This document shows, piece by piece, positions 26,013-34,985 of a stretch of DNA of 57,631 bases (within the stretch, counting starts at the first letter, position 1; every line of letters starts with the position of its first letter). The stretch is taken from positions 210,524 to 268,154 of the forward strand of contig JANLHP010000017.1 in assembly GCA_024654445.1 (NCBI GenBank). The letters are read 5' to 3'. The stretch is from Candidatus Curtissbacteria bacterium. Its GTDB lineage: Bacteria > Patescibacteriota > Microgenomatia > Curtissbacterales > GWA2-41-24. Under the pieces are notes generated by a model, which was not told where the DNA came from, did no database searches, and saw only the letters and a list, made by a program, of their open reading frames with translations. The position numbers and the translations under genes are program-made.

Positions 26013-26101
26013 CGGAGGAGGTGGGATTCGAACCCACGCGAGCCGGTAAAGGCTCAAGGGTTTAGCAAACCCTCGCAATGGACCAACTATGCGACTCCTC
26101 C
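26013..26101 (-). tRNA. tRNA-Ser(GCU), class II
   Basis: acceptor GGAGGAG/CTCCTCC, anticodon stem AGGGT/ACCCT, loop TTGCTAA, 19-nt variable arm, T-arm GTGGG-TTCGAAT-CCCAC. Confidence 0.9.
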
Positions 26102-26150
26102 TAAATTGCTGCCTCATTTTACCAGAGACAGGTTTGTACATCAATGAATT

Positions 26151-26663
26151 ATGAGTTATATTTACCGCAATAATCTTAAGATTGGTACTGTGATTCTTAA
26201 TTTCAATCTCACCAGAAGAAACTTACTCGCAATTTTTCTTGGTTTTTTAGTGTTCTTGGTGCTTTTTATAGTGGCAAAAGTGTTAGTTTTATTCACATTT
26301 CATCAAGCGGTGTTGAATTTTCCTTTAGGAGATATTGAGGGTTCTCTTTCCCGTCAGCCATTTGCTGCCATCCTTTGGATATCAAGAACCTTGTCACTAA
26401 TGGCTCCGTTATTAGGAGGAGTTGTAATAGGTTATATGGTTAGAGAAAGAGGATGGTTTTATGGTGGTTTGCTGGGAGTTTTACTGGCAATTATTTTTAT
26501 GGGAATTATCTCTCTAGGTTTTTTTGTGCCCGAATCTTTTAATCCCAACTCATTCGGCGAGATTATACTTGAGGTGATTTTTTACTTGCCTTTATATGTA
26601 GTTTTGACTGCTCTTGGAGGTTGGTTGGGAGAAATACTTAAAAACAGGAAGTCATTGGTTTGA
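26151..26663 (+). CDS. hypothetical polytopic membrane protein
   Basis: ORF with 4-5 hydrophobic helices. Confidence 0.6.
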   Translation: MSYIYRNNLKIGTVILNFNLTRRNLLAIFLGFLVFLVLFIVAKVLVLFTFHQAVLNFPLGDIEGSLSRQPFAAILWISRTLSLMAPLLGGVVIGYMVRERGWFYGGLLGVLLAIIFMGIISLGFFVPESFNPNSFGEIILEVIFYLPLYVVLTALGGWLGEILKNRKSLV

Positions 26664-26692
26664 TCTTTTTGTGATAAACTAAAACTGCCAAA

Positions 26693-27268
26693 ATGCCCAG
26701 ATTCCACAAAACAGACGTAAACGTAGACCATCACTCCGGCAGAGTTATTTCCAAGGAAGAACTTGATGCCAAAAGACAGGCAGCGGTTGAATCCAGAACG
26801 ATAGTTTCCTGGAAATCTCCGGTCCACATTTTTAAACAAAGGTCTAAAAAATACTTCACAAAAGTGGCGCTTTACGCGTTTGTCTTTATTCTGGCGGCGA
26901 TCGCTTTTGGAGAATTTTTCTTGGTCGGTGTAATTATCGCTTTGGTTTTTGTTGTTTATGTATTTGCCAATTCTGCTCCAGAGGTAATTGAACACAAAAT
27001 TACTAATTTGGGGATAATCAGCGGTGGGCGAGTATTTTTATGGGAAGAGCTGGATTCTTTTTGGTTCGATAAAAAGGGAGATGAGAGGCTGCTTTTGGTG
27101 CAAACTCACATGCATTTTCCTTCGCGGTTGATCTTGATTCTGACAACGATTTCGGAAAGAACCCTTTTAGAGCAACTGGAAAGACATCTCCATTATCACG
27201 CTGCACCGGTGCACACACTTTTGGATAAATGGGCCCATAAACTTCAGAGTAAAATAAGCTTAGATTAG
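26693..27268 (+). CDS. hypothetical membrane protein
   Basis: ORF, two central TM helices. Confidence 0.6.
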   Translation: MPRFHKTDVNVDHHSGRVISKEELDAKRQAAVESRTIVSWKSPVHIFKQRSKKYFTKVALYAFVFILAAIAFGEFFLVGVIIALVFVVYVFANSAPEVIEHKITNLGIISGGRVFLWEELDSFWFDKKGDERLLLVQTHMHFPSRLILILTTISERTLLEQLERHLHYHAAPVHTLLDKWAHKLQSKISLD

Positions 27269-27353
27269 CCTTCTGAAGCTTGCGGTACTCGTTCTGAAAC
27301 AGAACTCCGTGCCTAAAACTCCAAAGCAAAATTTCATTGGATTAATTTTTATT

Positions 27354-27503
27354 GTCATTCTGGAGCCCTTCATTCCTGTCATCCTGAGCGGAGCGAAGGA
27401 ATCGTCCTTTGTTCATGATAAACTCCGCGACAGAATCTATCCTTGAGATCCTATTCGAAGAAAAGCTTTGCTTATCGGTCGTTTTACTCCCTCCAGGATG
27501 ACA
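27354..27503. repeat. 150-nt GTCATYCTG-family element with TIR TGTCATTCTGGAG / CTCCAGGATGACA
   Basis: long stretches identical to 24678-24833. Confidence 0.75.
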
Positions 27504-27528
27504 ACCCTTAATGTACACAGCCTTCGGC

Positions 27529-27537
27529 TGGTATAAT
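27529..27537 (+). promoter_or_regulatory. extended -10 promoter TGGTATAAT upstream of tRNA-Arg
   Basis: 40 nt upstream of mature tRNA 5' end. Confidence 0.55.
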
Positions 27538-27576
27538 TACGACGTTAAGTTGCGAGCAAAATTGGATATTATGTTT

Positions 27577-27653
27577 GTCCCTGTAGTTCAATTGGACAGA
27601 ACGCTTCCCTGCGAAGGAAGAGATTGGCCGTTCGAGTCGGCCCAGGGGCACCA
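27577..27653 (+). tRNA. tRNA-Arg(GCG) with encoded CCA
   Basis: acceptor GTCCCTG/CAGGGGC, D-stem GTTC/GAAC, anticodon stem CTTCC/GGAAG, loop CTGCGAA, T-arm GGCCG-TTCGAGT-CGGCC, ACCA end; TGGTATAAT 40 nt upstream. Confidence 0.9.
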
Positions 27654-27659
27654 TTTAAT

Positions 27660-27938
27660 ATGAAACTGACAGACGAAGAGGTACAAAATAAAATAAAAGA
27701 TTTACCGCTGTGGAAATATTCCGACGGTTTTCTTAGCAGAGAGCTGGAGTTTAACAGTTTTAGCGAGGCGCTGGAATTTGTAAATAATGTCGGTAAATTG
27801 GCGGAAAAGATGAATCATCATCCAAATATTTTGATGCATGATTACAAGAAAGTAGATATCACAACTTCTACTCACGACGAAGGTGGTGTTACCGCAAAAG
27901 ACTTTGAGTTAGCAAGGGGAATCGAGGAACTGACTTAA
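27660..27938 (+). CDS. pterin-4a-carbinolamine dehydratase (PCD/DCoH family)
   Basis: …FNSFSEALEFVNNVGKLAEKMNHHPNILMHDYKKVDITTSTHDEGGVT…; start moved to ATG 27660 because track start overlaps tRNA-Arg. Confidence 0.8.
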   Translation: MKLTDEEVQNKIKDLPLWKYSDGFLSRELEFNSFSEALEFVNNVGKLAEKMNHHPNILMHDYKKVDITTSTHDEGGVTAKDFELARGIEELT

Positions 27939-28384
27939 TGATCAAATGTACATTCGAAAATGGGACGCCGGCTTCTTTGAGGCATGTTGTGGTGGATGCG
28001 ATTGTAGTAAACAAAAAGAAAGAAATTTTACTCGTTAAGCGATCAAAAGATAAAGTTACAGAGGGTGGTAAGTGGGCACTGCCTGGGGGATTTATGGATC
28101 GAGACGAAACATTAATTGAAGCTGTTCTAAGAGAAACGAAAGAAGAAACAGGCTGGGAAATTGGGGACGTGGAGCTTTTGAGGGTTGTTGATAATCCGAA
28201 AAGGAGAAATGAGGATAGGCAGAACGTTGCATTTTTTTACACATGTGTTCCTGTTAAGAAATCCGGTAAAGCAGACGACGAATCAAGTGAGCAGAGATGG
28301 TTTAAGTTAGATGGGTTGCCTGAAGAGGAAGAAACGGCCTTCGATCATCTGGAAATTATCGAGTTTTATTTAAGGAATAAGTAG
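27938..28384 (+). CDS. NUDIX hydrolase
   Basis: Nudix box GGKWALPGGFMDRDETLIEAVLRETKEETG. Confidence 0.85.
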   Translation: MIKCTFENGTPASLRHVVVDAIVVNKKKEILLVKRSKDKVTEGGKWALPGGFMDRDETLIEAVLRETKEETGWEIGDVELLRVVDNPKRRNEDRQNVAFFYTCVPVKKSGKADDESSEQRWFKLDGLPEEEETAFDHLEIIEFYLRNK

Positions 28385-28470
28385 GAGGCGTCGCATAGTG
28401 GACTAGTGCGGTCGTTTCGAAAACGACTTTCGGGGCAACTCGAACGCAGGTTCGAATCCTGCCGCCTCCG
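28384..28470 (+). tRNA. tRNA-Ser(CGA), class II
   Basis: acceptor GGAGGCG/CGCCTCC, anticodon stem GTCGT/ACGAC, loop TTCGAAA, 18-nt variable arm, T-arm GCAGG-TTCGAAT-CCTGC; first nt overlaps NUDIX stop. Confidence 0.9.
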
Positions 28471-28490
28471 CCTTCGTCCGACGAAGAATT

Positions 28491-28898
28491 ATGAAAAGAG
28501 TTTTTAGTGCTGGTGGAATAGTAGTAAGGGATTTTGATGGCGAGAAAAAGGTTCTGGTCACTCAACATTCCGGCCATCATGGTTGGGATTTTCCAAAAGG
28601 ACATGTGGAGAAAGGTGAAAAGAGTGTTGATGCTGCAATTCGTGAGGTGGAGGAAGAGACTGGAGTTAAAGCGGAAGTTGTCGAAAAGGTTGGAGACACG
28701 AAGTATTTTTACGACGAGGAGAAGGAGAAAGTTTTTAAGACGGTTGTTTATTTTTTAATGAAATATGTAGAAGAAGGTGAAGCGACTACAGCTTGGGAGG
28801 TTTCTGCAAAAGAGTGGCTACCTGTCGACGAAGTAGAAGATAAATTAACGTTTGGTGATTCTAAAAAACTATTTAGTGAGGTAAAGAGTAGAATTTAA
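28491..28898 (+). CDS. NUDIX hydrolase
   Basis: Nudix box WDFPKGHVEKGEKSVDAAIREVEEETG. Confidence 0.85.
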   Translation: MKRVFSAGGIVVRDFDGEKKVLVTQHSGHHGWDFPKGHVEKGEKSVDAAIREVEEETGVKAEVVEKVGDTKYFYDEEKEKVFKTVVYFLMKYVEEGEATTAWEVSAKEWLPVDEVEDKLTFGDSKKLFSEVKSRI

Positions 28899-28906
28899 TA
28901 AATTCT

Positions 28907-28943
28907 GCGGTCCTCGTCGAGCGTGGCTCGACTGCGGGCCTAA
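28907..28943 (+). repeat. module B stem-loop element (GCGGTCCTC-hairpin-TGCGGGCCTAA), solo copy
   Basis: GCGGTCCTC GTCGAGC gtg GCTCGAC TGCGGGCCTAA. Confidence 0.7.
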
Positions 28944-28961
28944 GAATAAGTGATTAAATTT

Positions 28962-29224
28962 GGAGGAGTCGCATATACAGTGCCCCTTCCATAACTCAGG
29001 GCCATGGCATGCGGTCCTCGACTAAAGTCTGCGGGCCTAATGTGGACTAGTCAGACATGGTGGGATGCGAGAGTGGTTTAATCGGCGGACCTGGAAAGTC
29101 CGTGTAGTCGTAAGATTACCGTGGGTTCGAATCCCACTCCCACCGCAGGAGAACGAGGAGGTTGGTAAATAGTGCAACTGAAAGGCACTATTCGCGCGAA
29201 TGCGCACATCCCTCCTCCTCCGCA
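28962..29224 (+). other. second tRNA-Ser-like outer shell (65-nt D-loop insert, 42-nt T-loop insert) enclosing tRNA-Ser(GGA)
   Basis: GGAGGAGTCGCATA[65 nt]TGTGGACTAGTCAGACAT[tRNA]GGAGAACGAGGAGGTTGG[42 nt]ATCCCTCCTCCTCCGCA; outer acceptor GGAGGAG/CTCCTCC fully complementary. Confidence 0.6.
29059..29145 (+). tRNA. tRNA-Ser(GGA), class II
   Basis: acceptor GGTGGGA/TCCCACC, anticodon stem CGGAC/GTCCG, loop CTGGAAA, long variable arm, T-arm GTGGG-TTCGAAT-CCCAC. Confidence 0.9.
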
Positions 29225-29239
29225 TCGGTTTGACGACAG

Positions 29240-29734
29240 ATGAAAAATATTTCTTTAGACGAATTAAATAGGTTTTTAGGAGAGGCTTCTCTTAAAACTT
29301 ATGCTGGAACCGGTGTGGAGACGAAGGCTACAATAAAGGGTTTTAAAGAATTGGAGTATAGGGATGGCGATTGGTATTACAGGGATAATTACACGGGCTT
29401 TTTTAAATCTTGGGGACAGGAAGTAGTTTGGTATAAGGATCAGCCCGTCTGGATGAGTCTTTACGGAGGAGGTTTGGAGAAAGAATTTTATGGAGACGAA
29501 GCCTTTGCAATTAAAATCTTTAATTTTTTAAAAAAGGCATTATCTTCCGGGGAAAAGTCCAAGAACTTTCAGCCCAGAGGCCCCAAAAATTTAAGTGATG
29601 GGGATTGGGTTTATCATTGTCAATGGACTGGAGATTTATCAGATTTCAAAGGTCATGAAGAAATTTTATATAAAGGCAGGGTGGTATTTACCCACGATTT
29701 TATTGGGGGAGTAGTTATTCCGAGAAAAGTGTAG
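29240..29734 (+). CDS. hypothetical protein (resembles DUF5680-type domain)
   Basis: ORF; family assignment from memory of …YRDGDWYYRDNYTGFF…-type sequences, unverified. Confidence 0.55.
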   Translation: MKNISLDELNRFLGEASLKTYAGTGVETKATIKGFKELEYRDGDWYYRDNYTGFFKSWGQEVVWYKDQPVWMSLYGGGLEKEFYGDEAFAIKIFNFLKKALSSGEKSKNFQPRGPKNLSDGDWVYHCQWTGDLSDFKGHEEILYKGRVVFTHDFIGGVVIPRKV

Positions 29735-29748
29735 AATACAGGGCGCAG

Positions 29749-31518
29749 ATGGACCAGGTAGACGAGGTTAAGAGCAAGGTAGACATTGTAGAAGTTATTT
29801 CTTCTTATATTCCTTTAAAAAAAGCTGGGCGTAATTATTCGGGGCTTTGCCCGTTTCACGGAGAAAAGACGCCTTCTTTTATGGTTTCTCCGGAACGCCA
29901 GGCTTTTAAGTGTTTCGGTTGTGGTGAAGGTGGAGATGTTTTTACGTTTCTGGAAAAGCAGGAAGGTTGGGATTTTAAGGAAACCTTGGAGGAGTTGGCA
30001 AAAAGAGCTGGTGTTACGCTTCGTGACTTTAAACCGACGAAACAAAGTACTCAGAAAGAAAAATTATTAGAAATTCACAAGCTTTCGGAAAAGTTTTATA
30101 ACTACATACTTTTGGAGCACAAAAGCGGTGAAAGAGCACGGGATTATTTGAAGAACAGGGGAGTCGAGCGCGATTTGTGGGAAAAATTTGGAATAGGTTT
30201 TGCGCCAAAAGGTTGGGAGAATCTAGCTGGATTTTTAGCTAAGCACAAATTTAATTTGGCGGACATTTCGACTGCGGGGCTGGTTGTTGGCAGGAGCGGC
30301 AGAGCGGGATCTTACTACGATCGGTTCCGCGAAAGAATTATGTTTCCTCTCAAAGATTCGCGAGGTGTAATTATGGGTTTTGCGGGGCGAGTTTTAGACG
30401 CAAATGCCAAAGAAGCAAAATACGTCAACAGTCCGCAAACGCCTATATACAATAAAGGCTCTTTGCTTTTTGGATTGGATTTGGCAAGGAATGCGATTCG
30501 CGAGAAAAATGAAGCAGTTTTAGTCGAAGGTGAATTTGACGTAATTTCTGCCCATAAAGCCGGAGTTTTGAACGTTGTTGCTTCTAAGGGAACAGCGCTT
30601 ACAGAAGGACAGGTGGCGATTCTTTCCAGGATTTGCGACAAAGTTATAGTTTGCTTCGATACGGATTTGGCCGGGGATGCTGCAGCGAGGCGGGGAATAG
30701 AACTTTTGGATCTTGCGGGGGTAAGCATTCGAGTTGCAGACATGGGTAAGTTTAAAGATCCGGATGAATTTGCGCAAAATGATCCTGCGGGTTTTGCCCA
30801 AGCGCTGGAAAAAAGCAAAGACGTTTATGATTATTTTATAGATTCAGCAAGCAGCAGGTTTAATGCAACGAGCAGTGAAGGTAAAAAGAAAATCGGGCGT
30901 GAGGTTTTGCCGATTTTGGGCAAGATTACGGACGACTTGGTGAGAGCGCACTATATCGCCAGGCTTGCTAAGGTGTTGGACCTTGATGTTCAATTGGTTT
31001 CGGAGGCTGTCAGTAAAAAGTCCACGTTTATTGGTAGTAGTGATGTTCCAGGCCAGGGTGTTGTTAATAAACAGGTGAGTCAGGAGGATTATTTTCTGGC
31101 GCTTTTGGTTTACAAAGAGGACATTGTAAGTGACTTTTTTGAGATACTTAAGGCGCAAGACTTTACAAGTGACAGTGCGAAGAAGTTTTGGGTGGCGCTG
31201 CGTGGTATAATTAAGGATCCTAAAATCCGGACTATGAGCCGGGCAGTAGGTAAACTGCCAAAAGATCTTTCCGATTATTGCGACCATCTATATCTTGTCA
31301 ACCTAAGCCTAGAGTTTGACGATAGGGAATTGTGGGCGCAAGAGGTAATAAAAATTAGCGGTATGATAAAGCGAGCGTCACTTAAAAGACAGCTTGAAGG
31401 ATTGTCACAGAAGCTAAAAGAGGCTCAAAACAAGGAAAATGACCGCGAAATTGGAATTTTACTCGCGCAATTTGGGAAGATATCAGAAGACATTCGACAA
31501 CTAGAAGCAAATAGTTAA
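29749..31518 (+). CDS. dnaG: DNA primase DnaG
   Basis: zinc finger [34 protein letters not shown]; [24 protein letters not shown] … [14 protein letters not shown]. Confidence 0.92.
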   Translation: MDQVDEVKSKVDIVEVISSYIPLKKAGRNYSGLCPFHGEKTPSFMVSPERQAFKCFGCGEGGDVFTFLEKQEGWDFKETLEELAKRAGVTLRDFKPTKQSTQKEKLLEIHKLSEKFYNYILLEHKSGERARDYLKNRGVERDLWEKFGIGFAPKGWENLAGFLAKHKFNLADISTAGLVVGRSGRAGSYYDRFRERIMFPLKDSRGVIMGFAGRVLDANAKEAKYVNSPQTPIYNKGSLLFGLDLARNAIREKNEAVLVEGEFDVISAHKAGVLNVVASKGTALTEGQVAILSRICDKVIVCFDTDLAGDAAARRGIELLDLAGVSIRVADMGKFKDPDEFAQNDPAGFAQALEKSKDVYDYFIDSASSRFNATSSEGKKKIGREVLPILGKITDDLVRAHYIARLAKVLDLDVQLVSEAVSKKSTFIGSSDVPGQGVVNKQVSQEDYFLALLVYKEDIVSDFFEILKAQDFTSDSAKKFWVALRGIIKDPKIRTMSRAVGKLPKDLSDYCDHLYLVNLSLEFDDRELWAQEVIKISGMIKRASLKRQLEGLSQKLKEAQNKENDREIGILLAQFGKISEDIRQLEANS

Positions 31519-31531
31519 AGGAGAAAATACA

Positions 31532-32695
31532 GTGCCAAGAGTTGCAAAATCAAAAACACAAACAGTAGACCCAACAGAAAAAACTGAAGAACAACGCGAA
31601 AAAGCGGCTGCTCTAACTCGCAAATTAGAGATCAGGAAACTTCTTAAAAGAGGTAAAGATCAAGGATTTGTCGCGCAAGAAGAAATTCTAGCGATCTTTC
31701 CTATGGTTGAGCGAAACATCGAGGAAGTAGATGATCTTTACTTCAAATTGCTAACAGAGGGTGTCGACGTTTTCGACACGACAGAAATGGACTCTTCGGA
31801 TATGTCCAAATCTGTGACCGAGCTTGAAAAAGAGCTTGAAGGTTTGGCGACACTCGAGGAAGGATATCTTTCTGATCCGGTGAGGATGTATCTGCGGGAA
31901 ATTGGTCGAGTTTCTTTGCTTACTTATGAGGAAGAGGTTTCTCTTGCAAAGAGGGTTGAGAAGAACGATAGAAGGGCGAGAGAGCGTTTAATTAACGCCA
32001 ACTTAAGGCTTGTTGTTTCCATCGCCAAGAAATATGTAAACCGTGGACTTACTCTTCTGGATTTGATCGAGGAAGGAAACATCGGACTGATGAGGGCGGT
32101 CGAAAAATACGACTGGAGACGCGGATACAAATTCTCTACATACGCGACTTGGTGGATCAGGCAGGCAATAACTAGGGCGATTGCGGACCAGGCAAGGACG
32201 ATTCGAATTCCCGTCCACATGGTCGAAACGATCAACAAATTCAACAGAATTTCCAGAAAATTAATGCAGGAATTAGGACGTGAACCGACTCCGGAAGAAG
32301 TTGCGCTCGAGATGGAGATCGAGCCGGATAAGGTTCGTGAAATTATTAAAGTTTCACAAGAACCAGCATCTTTGGAGGCACCTGTTGGTGAGGAAGAGGA
32401 TAGCAGGCTTGGAGATTTCATTCAGGACGCTTCTGCTTCACCGACGGATCAGGCAACACAGGCGCTGCTTAAAGATCACATCCGTGAAGTTTTAGGGTCA
32501 CTTTCACCGAGGGAAGCAAAGGTTTTAGAATACAGATTTGGTCTGGAGGATGGGAAACAGAGGACGCTGGAAGAAGTAGGAAAAGAATTCGGTGTAACGC
32601 GTGAGCGAATCAGGCAGATTGAAGCAAAAGCGATCAGAAAACTTCGACATCCTACCCGCGCGAAGAAACTTCGAGACTATTTAGAGACTGTTTAG
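31532..32695 (+). CDS. rpoD: RNA polymerase sigma-70 factor RpoD
   Basis: regions 1.2-4: [79 protein letters not shown]; GTG start 8 nt after AGGAG. Confidence 0.92.
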   Translation: MPRVAKSKTQTVDPTEKTEEQREKAAALTRKLEIRKLLKRGKDQGFVAQEEILAIFPMVERNIEEVDDLYFKLLTEGVDVFDTTEMDSSDMSKSVTELEKELEGLATLEEGYLSDPVRMYLREIGRVSLLTYEEEVSLAKRVEKNDRRARERLINANLRLVVSIAKKYVNRGLTLLDLIEEGNIGLMRAVEKYDWRRGYKFSTYATWWIRQAITRAIADQARTIRIPVHMVETINKFNRISRKLMQELGREPTPEEVALEMEIEPDKVREIIKVSQEPASLEAPVGEEEDSRLGDFIQDASASPTDQATQALLKDHIREVLGSLSPREAKVLEYRFGLEDGKQRTLEEVGKEFGVTRERIRQIEAKAIRKLRHPTRAKKLRDYLETV

Positions 32696-32735
32696 GCTTC
32701 TGTTCTTCTCCTTTTGACTGTGATTTAATAGCAGG

Positions 32736-32978
32736 GTGAAATTTTTGAAACTCCTCTGGCGAAAGTGGAAGCCGATTGCTCACGCAATTGGTGACTTTCA
32801 GGCCCAGGTAATTTTAACTATTTTCTACTTCGTATTTTTTCTACCGCTCGGAATTATTTTTGCAGTAATTGCCGATCCTCTGAGGATTCACTACAGTCGA
32901 GCTAAAAAGAAAAGGTCTAATTTTGTTGATTGGGAACACGAAAAGGACAATTTAGCCACTGCTCACCGGCAATTTTGA
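32736..32978 (+). CDS. small membrane protein, SxtJ-like
   Basis: …AQVILTIFYFVFFLPLGIIFAVIADPLRI…; sits directly upstream of carbamoyltransferase as sxtJ homologs do. Confidence 0.5.
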   Translation: MKFLKLLWRKWKPIAHAIGDFQAQVILTIFYFVFFLPLGIIFAVIADPLRIHYSRAKKKRSNFVDWEHEKDNLATAHRQF

Positions 32979-33082
32979 ATTGACCTAATTGGTCTAATTA
33001 TTCTAATTAACCTAAATAATTTAGAAATTCCTAAATTAAAAAATTGATTAGAAATTAGGAATTAGAAATTAAAAATTTCAGA

Positions 33083-34867
33083 ATGTATATTCTCGGAATC
33101 GCATGTTTTTATCACGAATCCAGCGCTTGTTTAATACGCGACGGAAAGGTCGTTGCCGCTAGCGCGGAAGAGAGATTTACAAGAAAAAAGCACGACAGTG
33201 ATTTTCCAAAAGAAGCGATTAAATTTTGTCTCCAGAAAGCGGGAATTAAGATTAAAGATGTCAATTACGTTGTCTATTACGAAAAGCCATTCTGGAAATT
33301 TGCCAGAATATTATTTTCCACTCTAGCTTCTTATCCGCAAGCTTACAGATTATTTGCAAAAGGAATGATTACTTGGCTTTCCGACAAACTTTGGGTAAGG
33401 TCGATAATCGCGGACGAACTTAATATCGGCAAAGAAAAGATTCTATTTGTTCCTCATCACGTCTCTCACGCGGCATCGGCCTTTTATCCCTCGGGTTTTG
33501 ATGAAGCGGCTGTTATGACTTTTGACGGAGTCGGGGAGTGGACAACCGCAACTTACGGTGTTGGACGGGGGAAAGACCTTGATATATACGCTGAAATTAG
33601 ATTTCCACATAGCATTGGGCTTTTGTATTCGGTTTTTACGGCGTTTTTAGGCTTCGAAGTTAATGACGGGGAATACAAAGTGATGGGCATGGCGCCATAT
33701 GGAAAGCCGAAATATTTGGACAAGGTGCGAAAATTGGTCAAGGTTTATCCCGATGGTTCTCTGCATCTTAAAATGGAATATTTTACCTTCCACAAGTCTC
33801 CAGAAAAATCATATTCCGACAAATTCATAGAGCTGTTTGGTGAACCCCGGCCTCATGATTTCTATTTTTTTACGAGAAGTAGCGGATATCCTGATTATTT
33901 TGGAGAAAAACCGAAGAACTACAAAGAGCTTGCGGACTTAAACCAAAAATACGCAGACATTGCGGCTTCGATTCAAGCTTTTACAGAAGAAATAATCCTG
34001 AAACTGGCCGATACAGTTCATAGGAAAACTAAGATGGATAATATTTGTATTGCCGGAGGAGTCGGATTGAATAGTGTGGCAAACGGAGTGCTTCTGAGGA
34101 AAGGACCTTTTAAAAGAGTATTTGTGCAACCGGCTGCGGGTGATGACGGCGGCAGTTTGGGTGCCGCACTTTACGTGTATCATGCGATTTTAGGTAAAAG
34201 AAGAACATTTGTTCAGGATAATTGTTATTTTGGTGCGGATTTTACAGATTCTCAAATTGAAAAGTTTTTGAGAAAAAAGAGGATTAAATTTAAAAAGATC
34301 ACTTCCGAAGAAAAGCTGACGGATTTTCTTGCGAGTTCTATTGTGGACGGGAAGGTAATCGGGCTGTATCACGGCAGGGCAGAGTGGGGGCCGAGGGCAC
34401 TTGGCGCAAGATCGATAATGGCGGACCCGAGGCGCGACGAAATGAAGGATATTGTTAATACCAAGATTAAATTCCGAGAGCCTTATAGACCTTTCGCGCC
34501 TGTAGTCTTGGCCGAGAAAGCGAAAGACTACTTTGAGCTTGGCGATTTGGAGCACGAATACCTGACACGCTTTATGCTTGGAGTTTTTCCGGTCAAAAAG
34601 GATAAAAGGAAGGTGATTCCAGCGATTACTCACGTAGATGGATCGGGTCGTTTGCAGATAATTTCGGAAAAACAGAATGCGCGTTATTACAACATCATCA
34701 AAAAATTCGGCAAAAAGACGGGCGTTTATGTTCTAATGAATACCTCCTTTAACCTAAAAGGCGAGCCAATTGTAAATTCACCGGAAAACGCTTTCAATAC
34801 GTTTTCCAAGTCGGGTTTGGATATTTTAGCGCTTGAAAAATATATAGTTCTTAAGGAAGACCTTTAA
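33083..34867 (+). CDS. carbamoyltransferase (NodU/CmcH/SxtI family)
   Basis: MYILGI…YHESSACLIRDGKVVAASAEERFTRKKHDSDFP; C-terminal …HVDGSGRLQ…VLMNTSFNLKGEPIV. Confidence 0.88.
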   Translation: MYILGIACFYHESSACLIRDGKVVAASAEERFTRKKHDSDFPKEAIKFCLQKAGIKIKDVNYVVYYEKPFWKFARILFSTLASYPQAYRLFAKGMITWLSDKLWVRSIIADELNIGKEKILFVPHHVSHAASAFYPSGFDEAAVMTFDGVGEWTTATYGVGRGKDLDIYAEIRFPHSIGLLYSVFTAFLGFEVNDGEYKVMGMAPYGKPKYLDKVRKLVKVYPDGSLHLKMEYFTFHKSPEKSYSDKFIELFGEPRPHDFYFFTRSSGYPDYFGEKPKNYKELADLNQKYADIAASIQAFTEEIILKLADTVHRKTKMDNICIAGGVGLNSVANGVLLRKGPFKRVFVQPAAGDDGGSLGAALYVYHAILGKRRTFVQDNCYFGADFTDSQIEKFLRKKRIKFKKITSEEKLTDFLASSIVDGKVIGLYHGRAEWGPRALGARSIMADPRRDEMKDIVNTKIKFREPYRPFAPVVLAEKAKDYFELGDLEHEYLTRFMLGVFPVKKDKRKVIPAITHVDGSGRLQIISEKQNARYYNIIKKFGKKTGVYVLMNTSFNLKGEPIVNSPENAFNTFSKSGLDILALEKYIVLKEDL

Positions 34868-34985
34868 TCAAAATTCGAAACAATTTCAAATGTTCAAATT
34901 TTCGAATTGATGTTTTGAGAATTTTAATTTAAGATTTAGAAGATTGTTTCGGATTTTGATATTCGATATTCGGATTTTTAAACTT

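Noticed and set aside
25805-26065. ORFs 25805-25999 (-) and 25877-26065 (+)
   Set aside because: They lie across the tRNA-Ser genes and tRNA-like fragments. The MAEEVG / AEEVGFEPTR peptides are just translated tRNA acceptor and T-arms.
27624-27659. Upstream start of the PCD gene as given by the ORF track
   Set aside because: The first 12 codons overlap the 3' end of tRNA-Arg (27577-27653). ATG 27660 (MKLTDEE…) gives the normal family length.
28356-29225. ORFs 28356-28604 (-) and 29037-29225 (-)
   Set aside because: They overlap tRNA-Ser(CGA) and tRNA-Ser(GGA) respectively.
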